A stretch of DNA of 23,592 bases, filler included, from an uncultured virus (IMG/VR IMGVR_UViG_2049941000_000736) (Duplodnaviria; Heunggongvirae; Uroviricota; Caudoviricetes). It is 15 parts of one record of this genome, joined end to end, with 100 filler letters (N's around TTAATTAATTAA, not from the genome) between each part and the next. Parts side by side here need not be neighbours in the genome. Positions count along the whole stretch, not along the records: positions 14,955 to 17,896 come from IMGVR_UViG_2049941000_000736; positions 17,997 to 19,583 come from IMGVR_UViG_2049941000_000736; positions 19,684 to 21,426 come from IMGVR_UViG_2049941000_000736; positions 21,527 to 22,630 come from IMGVR_UViG_2049941000_000736; positions 22,731 to 23,592 come from IMGVR_UViG_2049941000_000736; 10 more parts are not named here. One strand, given 5' to 3'. The first letter of the stretch is position 1. Every line of letters starts with the position of its first letter. Of the stretch, positions 17,607-23,592 are shown piece after piece. The notes under the pieces were generated by a model. That model had not been told where the DNA came from and did no database searches. It was given only the letters and a program-made list of their open reading frames with translations. Made by a program: the position numbers and the translations under genes.

Positions 17607-17896
17607 ATGGCGAGATTAACCAGAGAACAGGAACAGGCACACGACAGACTCGACGAACTCGCAACCCACATAAAGACGTGGGACACGCAGGACGCATTTG
17701 AACTCTGCGGCTATCTCAATGAATTCTACTCCATATGCAACGATTTCAGCATTTTCTGCAACGGTCTGAGCACCGATGAGGAGATGGTTCGCAGACGCAT
17801 AGATGTTGCAAATCTCCCGTGCGCCGATGTCGGCATCGATACCGACTGGTCGGGAATCTACGCGGTCGATGTTCGCGGATACGTTATTTACGCCAC
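17607..17896 (+). CDS. Hypothetical acidic protein, second allele, 3' truncated
   Basis: Near-identical to 15005-15352. Confidence 0.8.
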
Positions 17897-17996
17897 NNNN
17901 NNNNNNNNNNNNNNNNNNNNNNNNNNNNNNNNNNNNNNNNTTAATTAATTAANNNNNNNNNNNNNNNNNNNNNNNNNNNNNNNNNNNNNNNNNNNN

Positions 17997-18138
17997 AGAT
18001 GTTGTTTACCGAGTCGGCATAGTGGATGTTGTTGATGAACTGCATCACCGTTTTGGGCGTGACTCGGGCGGGTTTTTCGTTCCATGATGCCGACGGGGAT
18101 TTGATTCCCTCGGCATCGACCTTGCGTTTTTTTGCCAT
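17997..18138 (-). CDS. 5' fragment of the gene following the methylase (possibly portal, by position only)
   Basis: GGAG SD, ATG just after the upstream stop. Confidence 0.4.
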
Positions 18139-18144
18139 TTTTTC

Positions 18145-19313
18145 TTACTCCGTGATTTTTTCTGCGTGCTGTCCTGTCAGTTTCTCCCAGCGCTCGATGA
18201 TTACGTCGCAGTAGATGGGGTCGATTTCGAGCATCCGACATCGCCGATTCAGGTTCTCGCAGGCAATGAGTGTTGATCCACTACCCCCAAAAACATCGAG
18301 AACAATGTCGTTCTCCTGCGACGACGACATGATCGCTCTACTGCATAGGGCGATTGGTTTTGGCGTTGCATGTCCCCCGCAATCCTCGCGTTCTGTCGGG
18401 GTTGTGGGTTTGAAGTGCCACACGTTGTTCATATTGTCATGAGTGTTGTTGAAATATGCGCGGGTTGCATAGTATTCGCGCTTGATTTCGTCGTATTCGC
18501 GCTTGATTTCGTCGTATTCGCGCTTGAATGCGTTATGCATTCTGCCAATTTCCTGTAATTTTTTATATTCTACTTNNNNNNNNNNGGGAATAACCACTGT
18601 GATTTTGTGAAATAGTGTTTTCCCATACAGTTTCCGAGATAATCATCCCAATTATTTTTTGGGCTGATTTTTGCCCACTCTCCGACGAGATACTGTCGAA
18701 TCGGCTCCCATCCCTCGTAGTAATTTTCTTTGTTCGTGTTAAATCCCTGCACCCCCATCATCACAAAAAGACACTTTTCGTCTGCTGTAGGGTATCTCCG
18801 ATGCGATTCTGATAATTGCCCTTGCCCGTTTCCCTTATCCCACGTCAGCAAATTGCGAAATGTCAACTCATTCCGATGTATCGCAGGTCGCAGAATGCAT
18901 CCGTAAANNNNNNNNNNAAATTTGCTCAGGTCGATCTCATCCGGCGGGATGCTGTTCACGAGTTCCTGAAGCATCTTCTCGTCCGCCTCCGCCATCGCGG
19001 CTATCGGATCGAACGTCGCGAGCACCATCCGCTCCTCGTCCTCGGTGAGCTCGACATATTTCACGGGGATGCTCTTCTCGTGGTTTTTGATCGCGGTCTC
19101 GACTCGCAGGTGTCCGTCAATCAGGTTGCCGGTGGTTTTGTTCACGATAACGTCCGTGACCCAGCCGACCGTCGACAGTATCTCTTTGAGTGCCGCACTC
19201 TGAGCGCTCGTGTGCCCGCGCCAGTTTCGCGGATTCGGTTTGAGTGTCGTCGGGTCAACGTCGGCGGTGCCGACAATGCGGTTGCGATACGATGCCGGNN
19301 NNNNNNNNGCCAT
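18145..19313 (-). CDS. ParB-like N-terminal domain plus N4/N6 DNA methylase (fragmented by gaps)
   Basis: LKPNPRNWRGH, LIDGHLR; TWDK; HATPKP, VLDVFGGSGSTLIACE, EIDPIYCDVIIERW. Confidence 0.9.
18472..18527. repeat. Perfect 21-bp tandem repeat, about 2.7 copies (KREYDEI)
   Basis: GTATTCGCGCTTGATTTCGTC twice plus a 14-nt partial copy. Confidence 0.95.
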
Positions 19314-19583
19314 GTCTGTCTTGATCCTGTGTCGGCGGGAGGAAATCGGCGGGCGTGAGGTTGATAATTATGCCCTTGCCGGTGATTTCGAGTTTGTTTG
19401 CCGCGTCCAAACCGAGGTATTTTGCGCGTCGTTCCTGCACCCGCATCAGCGTGTCGATGGCTCGAGGGTCGCCGTCTCGGACCCTCGGCATCAGCGCCGC
19501 CTGTGCGATGTCGAGTCGTTTCAGCTCCAGCTCGAGGATGTCCTCGGCGGTCTCATGTGTGTTTTTCCTGATCTCGTCGAGGC
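19309..19583 (-). CDS. terS: Terminase small subunit-like protein, C-terminal part
   Basis: LELKRLD...GDPRAIDTLMRVQERRAKYLGLD motif; adjacent to the ParB-methylase. Confidence 0.7.
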
Positions 19584-19683
19584 NNNNNNNNNNNNNNNNN
19601 NNNNNNNNNNNNNNNNNNNNNNNNNNNTTAATTAATTAANNNNNNNNNNNNNNNNNNNNNNNNNNNNNNNNNNNNNNNNNNNN

Positions 19684-20597
19684 ACGTTCTGAATCGCTCT
19701 CCGTTGCTCTGTCGAGTTGTCCGTCCAGAACAGCAGTTGCCTATCCAAAACCTGCTCATCGCCGGTGAGGTTCGCTTTGCACACCCAAAACGGGCACCGT
19801 GGCGCCATCGTGAGAAGCGCTGCTTTTCCGTTCTGCACCGTTCGATACTGCCCCGATTCGTCCCAGTTCGTCGTCGAAATTTTCAGCAATTCCTGAAAAT
19901 CCTCGGTCAGTTCCTGATCATCCAAAATCAGAACGGTTCGCGGTTTGATTTCGTGATAAAACAGCGCTTTGTCGCTGAGCCTGTCGGTGATGACGGAGTC
20001 CTGCGGCAATCTTTTTGCAACTGTCATGGCTGCATGACTCTTGCCCGTTCCGGCATCTCCCGAGATGCTGATGTGGATGCCCGTGCCGTTCGTGACGCGG
20101 GTTGACGCATAACTGAGAAACATCGACATGATCGCCGGTTTATCGCCGACGTGAACGCGCCCGCATGATTCGCAGAGGAACCTGAGCGCCTGCCCCGTTT
20201 CATAGAGGTATTTCGCGTATTCCTCCGGCGCTGCTATCGGGTCAAACCGATATGTGAACTCAAACCGCGCCGCCTCGCGCTCGTTCTCGTTCTCAAACAG
20301 CACATATCGTTCCGCAGCCCGCCACAGTGTCAGGTAATCCTCGCCGATGCGCACGGTCTCCAACACGGACCCGTCCGATTTGTCGCGGACGTTCCAGACG
20401 GATTCACACACGGTGATCTCATTCTCGCCGGAGTATATGTTGAGAGTTTCGCCGTATTTGACCGAGATTTTCTCTACGTATATACTGCCGGAAATGCATA
20501 CGACCTCACGTATGGGCGCCGGAACGAGGACGCCCAGCGGCAACATCGAGTCATGCCCCGACGGATGCGCGACCTCTTCCTCAGTCTCGGTAGGCAT
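19684..20597 (-). CDS. Replication-associated P-loop ATPase / putative helicase, 3' truncated; start uncertain
   Basis: Walker A GDAGTGKS, LSDKALFY, Walker B VLILDD, arginine-finger-like EQVLDR. Confidence 0.8.
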
Positions 20598-20697
20598 CCA
20601 GATCCGCCTCGCGGGAATAGGTCGGCGACCGCACCGACGCGCCGGACGTTCTCACAAACCCGTTACGCCGCAACAGCGAGTAGACCCGCATTGTATG
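20581..20697 (-). CDS. C-terminus of a winged-helix-family paralogue
   Basis: HTMRVYSLLRRNGFVRTSGASVRSPTYSRE parallels RHVRFLLEKNGFVS in 5149-5604. Confidence 0.5.
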   Translation of the reverse strand, partial: HTMRVYSLLRRNGFVRTSGASVRSPTYSREADLDAYRD

Positions 20698-20707
20698 NNN
20701 NNNNNNN

Positions 20708-21389
20708 TGTTCAGGCTGTTTTTGAATGCCTCACGCATCCGGTTGAGTCTGTCGCCGGTCAGCGCCGGTTTGCCGCAGCGGGAGCAGGTCGACATGTCCT
20801 GATGCTGTGTCGTGCCGGATGTGTTGCTGTTGCCGGTCGGCATCCGTGACGATGCGGAATATCCCTGTATGCCGTCGGCGGTATCCTCGCCGAGTTCGAC
20901 GGGGTCGTAGAATCCCGACATATCAAACGCACGACGCAGACACTGCGCCTCGGCGACCTTCTGAATCATCGTGCGGGGTTTCGATAACCAGAGTGATTTT
21001 TTCGTCGTGTATTCGCTCGCGTAAACCTGCACGTAGAACGGGATTTTCATATCCGAGCGATGCACACGGCACCATCCGATAAGCTCCCCATTTTCATCTT
21101 TCAACGTCCCGCTTTCCATGCCGTCAAAAAACGGCGACCTGTGCGCGATTGCCAGATACCCGTCGCGACCGCAGAAGATTTTTGCGTCCTCGTTGCCGTA
21201 TTTGACAGCCCAGATCTGACGCGAGAACGGGTCTAATCTGTAACGCCTCGCCAGCTCCAGCAGAACCGCAAATTCGTTGTCCGAACAGCCCTTTGCAAAC
21301 ATATCCCTGATAACCTTGAGGTTATCCGTGTTCGACAGCGCGTTCATTAATTCTGAATCTCTAATTGCCAACTCTGAATTTTCCGTCAT
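20708..21389 (-). CDS. bet: Phage recombination protein Bet (RecT/Redbeta family)
   Basis: LDPFSRQIWAVKY, GRDGYLAIAHR, W..KPRTMIQKVAEAQCLRRAF; AGGAG SD. Confidence 0.92.
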
Positions 21390-21526
21390 GATAATTCTCC
21401 TTTGTAGGGTTTGTCGGATGACAGCGNNNNNNNNNNNNNNNNNNNNNNNNNNNNNNNNNNNNNNNNNNNNTTAATTAATTAANNNNNNNNNNNNNNNNNN
21501 NNNNNNNNNNNNNNNNNNNNNNNNNN

Positions 21527-21854
21527 TGAATGGCAGCATCGAGCTGAACATGTCGCGGGTAACCGATACGTCCCGACTCGGCACATCGTGCACGGTCGGA
21601 GATTTCATATCTGCATCGTCGGGCAAAATTCCGCAAATGTAGATATCGATTGAAAACATACTCCCGCGACGCAGACAGAATTTCCTCGGGTCGTTGTATT
21701 TCTCGTCGAGAAAATCATTTGCAATCGCGGTGTCGATGTGCGACAGCATGATCCCCTGTTCTGTCGGGTTCAGCTCGTCAAAATCGGCTCTGGTTGCACG
21801 CATCATGTCCTGAATTTCTCCGACCGTGATCATGCGCTCTGATAATGTCGACAT
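21527..21854 (-). CDS. Hypothetical protein of the DF..HID paralogue family, 3' truncated
   Basis: GGGGTGA SD and TAATG overlap. Confidence 0.65.
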
Positions 21855-22192
21855 TATTTCACCCCCTCGTTGCACACCCTGTCAAACCCGTGCATAAATC
21901 CCTCAATCACATAAAACTCCTGCGGATCGCCATAGAGTTTCTCGTAATACTGCCGCGCGTCATATTCTGATATGAATCCCGCCCGAGAATACCACTCATC
22001 ACAGAACGCACCGAGGCATATTGGCTCAATCTCGACGATCTCATACGTGAACGTGTGACTGTAATTCTCGGGAGATATGGAGAACATATCCCCGAGGTTT
22101 GCTTTTGCACCCCGGAACCACAGCACATTTGTTTTACCGGCGACGATGGAATCATGAAAGATTCTGTCGACGTGAAGCCTGACTGTCGCCAT
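21854..22192 (-). CDS. Divergent ASCH-like protein
   Basis: FHDSIVAGK...LGDMF...YEIVEIEP...AGFISEYDARQYY. Confidence 0.7.
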   Translation of the reverse strand: MATVRLHVDRIFHDSIVAGKTNVLWFRGAKANLGDMFSISPENYSHTFTYEIVEIEPICLGAFCDEWYSRAGFISEYDARQYYEKLYGDPQEFYVIEGFMHGFDRVCNEGVK

Positions 22193-22431
22193 TATTTCAC
22201 CCTCCTGAATTTGTATATGAATCCGACCACTGTGTAAAAATCGGGATATTCCATCCCGTAATAACTGACTGCCTCCTGTTTGGATGTAAACCCCGCGTCA
22301 TTCCAATAATACTGGATAAAACCGTGGAGGGTTTCCGGCACAATCGCAGTAACCTCGAATGTCACCGGTATGGTCGCGTATTTATCACATCCGCGGCAAA
22401 TCGATATTGTGAATCGTTCCCCGCCGCCTCT
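22192..22431 (-). CDS. Divergent ASCH-like protein, 5' truncated
   Basis: GERF...FEVTAI...YWNDAGFTSKQEAVSYY...GFIYKFRRVK. Confidence 0.65.
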   Translation of the reverse strand, partial: RGGGERFTISICRGCDKYATIPVTFEVTAIVPETLHGFIQYYWNDAGFTSKQEAVSYYGMEYPDFYTVVGFIYKFRRVK

Positions 22432-22441
22432 NNNNNNNNNN

Positions 22442-22630
22442 ATATGCTTTCCAGATGCGGTTATGTGCAATCTGCCCCGCCGAACGTCCGAGAACTGCGG
22501 TTTTTAACGAGAACTGTTTCCTGAGTTCTCCGGCTCCGCCGATATAGATATTATCGACATCATCGCCGGAGATCTTCAGGTTCAGCTCGCAGATATGCCC
22601 GTCCGCGATCAGCTCGTCGATGTTGGCCAG
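22442..22630 (-). CDS. Unassigned coding fragment (LANIDELIADGHICEL...)
   Basis: Stop-free frame across the contig; no motif recognised. Confidence 0.4.
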
Positions 22631-22730
22631 NNNNNNNNNNNNNNNNNNNNNNNNNNNNNNNNNNNNNNNNNNNNTTAATTAATTAANNNNNNNNNNNNNN
22701 NNNNNNNNNNNNNNNNNNNNNNNNNNNNNN

Positions 22731-22849
22731 CATCTGACGCGCTCGAATGCATACTCAATGTGCCAGATGTCGTCCGTTACATGAACGGAATGCGCCTGTC
22801 CGCAAATCGGGCAAAATATGTCCTGTTGTTCCTGCTGAAATTTCATTCC
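22731..22849 (-). repeat. Second allele fragment of the Zn-ribbon gene (about 23034-23152)
   Basis: Near-identical nucleotide match. Confidence 0.9.
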
Positions 22850-22859
22850 NNNNNNNNNN

Positions 22860-22938
22860 CACCGATAACCGCCGCGCTGAACTCCTCGCTGTCCCTCGGA
22901 GCGCCGGTTTCGACGCGGACAAAAAGCGGGGGTCTCAT
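22860..22938 (-). CDS. 5' fragment related to 1387-1695
   Basis: APRDSEEFSAAVIG versus APDDAEEFDSAVMN; GGAGG SD and ATGA overlap. Confidence 0.55.
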
Positions 22939-23228
22939 GCCTCCGCCTCCTCGACAGTTACGGGGTTATCGACGCGGTGCTTGTTGACCTCGCGATGCAG
23001 TTCATCGTTCCTCTCTCTCAGGCTGTCCTCGGCGTATCTGACGCGCTCGAATGCATACTCAATGTGCCATATGTCGTCCGTTACATGAACGGAATGTGCC
23101 TGACCGCAAATCGGGCAAAATATGTCCTGTTGTTCCTGCTGAAATTTCATTCCCGTGACAACCTCATAGTTCCTGACCTCAAATGTGGCGTGGCAGTCAG
23201 GGCAGTAGAAATACACGCTGTCACTCAT
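22935..23228 (-). CDS. Zn-ribbon plus coiled-coil protein
   Basis: YCPDCH...FCPICG; ATGA overlaps. Confidence 0.8.
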   Translation of the reverse strand: MSDSVYFYCPDCHATFEVRNYEVVTGMKFQQEQQDIFCPICGQAHSVHVTDDIWHIEYAFERVRYAEDSLRERNDELHREVNKHRVDNPVTVEEAEA

Positions 23229-23359
23229 GGTCGCACCCCATACACCGCGGATGAGTTTACAAAACTGTTTTCAAATTCAAAACCGATACATACTGTAACA
23301 TCTGCGTGTTCCGATGTGGCAATCTGTGAAACGACGTAGAAATCCGAATTTTCTTTCAT
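23225..23359 (-). CDS. Small hypothetical protein (44 aa, MKENSDFY...VYGVRP)
   Basis: Fills the gap between the RHH and Zn-ribbon genes; GAGG SD and ATGA overlap. Confidence 0.6.
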   Translation of the reverse strand: MKENSDFYVVSQIATSEHADVTVCIGFEFENSFVNSSAVYGVRP

Positions 23360-23362
23360 TTT

Positions 23363-23557
23363 TTATGCCTCTAATTCTCGGGTCAATATCTCGCGAATTA
23401 CGCTCGACCTCGACCGATTCCCGCTCTTGCGGGCGCGTTCATCAATCTGTTCGAGTAACGACTCACTGAGCCTCATGGTTATCAGTGTGCCGAGTTCGGG
23501 GGACTCGTGACACACGCCACTCGCGCCCCGTTTCTGTCGTTTGGTAACCAGTACCAT
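23363..23557 (-). CDS. Ribbon-helix-helix (CopG-like) transcriptional regulator
   Basis: ITMRLSESLLEQIDERARKSGNRSRSSVIREIL. Confidence 0.88.
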   Translation of the reverse strand: MVLVTKRQKRGASGVCHESPELGTLITMRLSESLLEQIDERARKSGNRSRSSVIREILTRELEA

Positions 23558-23578
23558 AATATAATTAGGACGTATTAG

Positions 23579-23586
23579 TATATAAA
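23579..23586 (-). promoter_or_regulatory. Archaeal TATA box for a probably leaderless RHH transcript
   Basis: TTTATATA ends 21 nt before the ATG; no SD in between. Confidence 0.7.
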
Positions 23587-23592
23587 TGTATT

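Overview
This is not contiguous DNA. It is a concatenation of about 15 short scaffolds, separated by 100-bp linkers (44 N + TTAATTAATTAA + 44 N) and broken internally by mostly 10-N gaps, so many ORFs in the supplied track are chimeras across gaps. Nearly all fragments belong to a siphovirus-type tailed virus or provirus. Recognisable genes include TerS, a ParB-DNA methylase, TerL, an HK97-type capsid, head-tail proteins, tail tube, a G/GT chaperone with a -1 slippery site, tape measure, Dit, a Gp37-like protein, a receptor-binding protein, a Bet recombinase, a replication ATPase, a C5-methylase and an RHH regulator. TTTATATA boxes, an apparently leaderless RHH gene and T-tract terminators point to an archaeal host, possibly a methanogen (inference). 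Many genes occur as two near-identical alleles, indicating two co-assembled strains. Most notable: (1) pieces of a probable diversity-generating retroelement, namely an RT C-terminus and a C-type-lectin-like tail adhesin, with no TR/VR pair visible; (2) a C5-methylase frameshifted inside a (GA)9 tract, with a divergent specificity region between alleles; (3) three expanded paralogue families (ASCH-like, winged-helix-like, and a DF..HID family); (4) a Bet recombinase with two tandem C-terminal Zn fingers. All family calls come from motif recognition by eye, with no database search.
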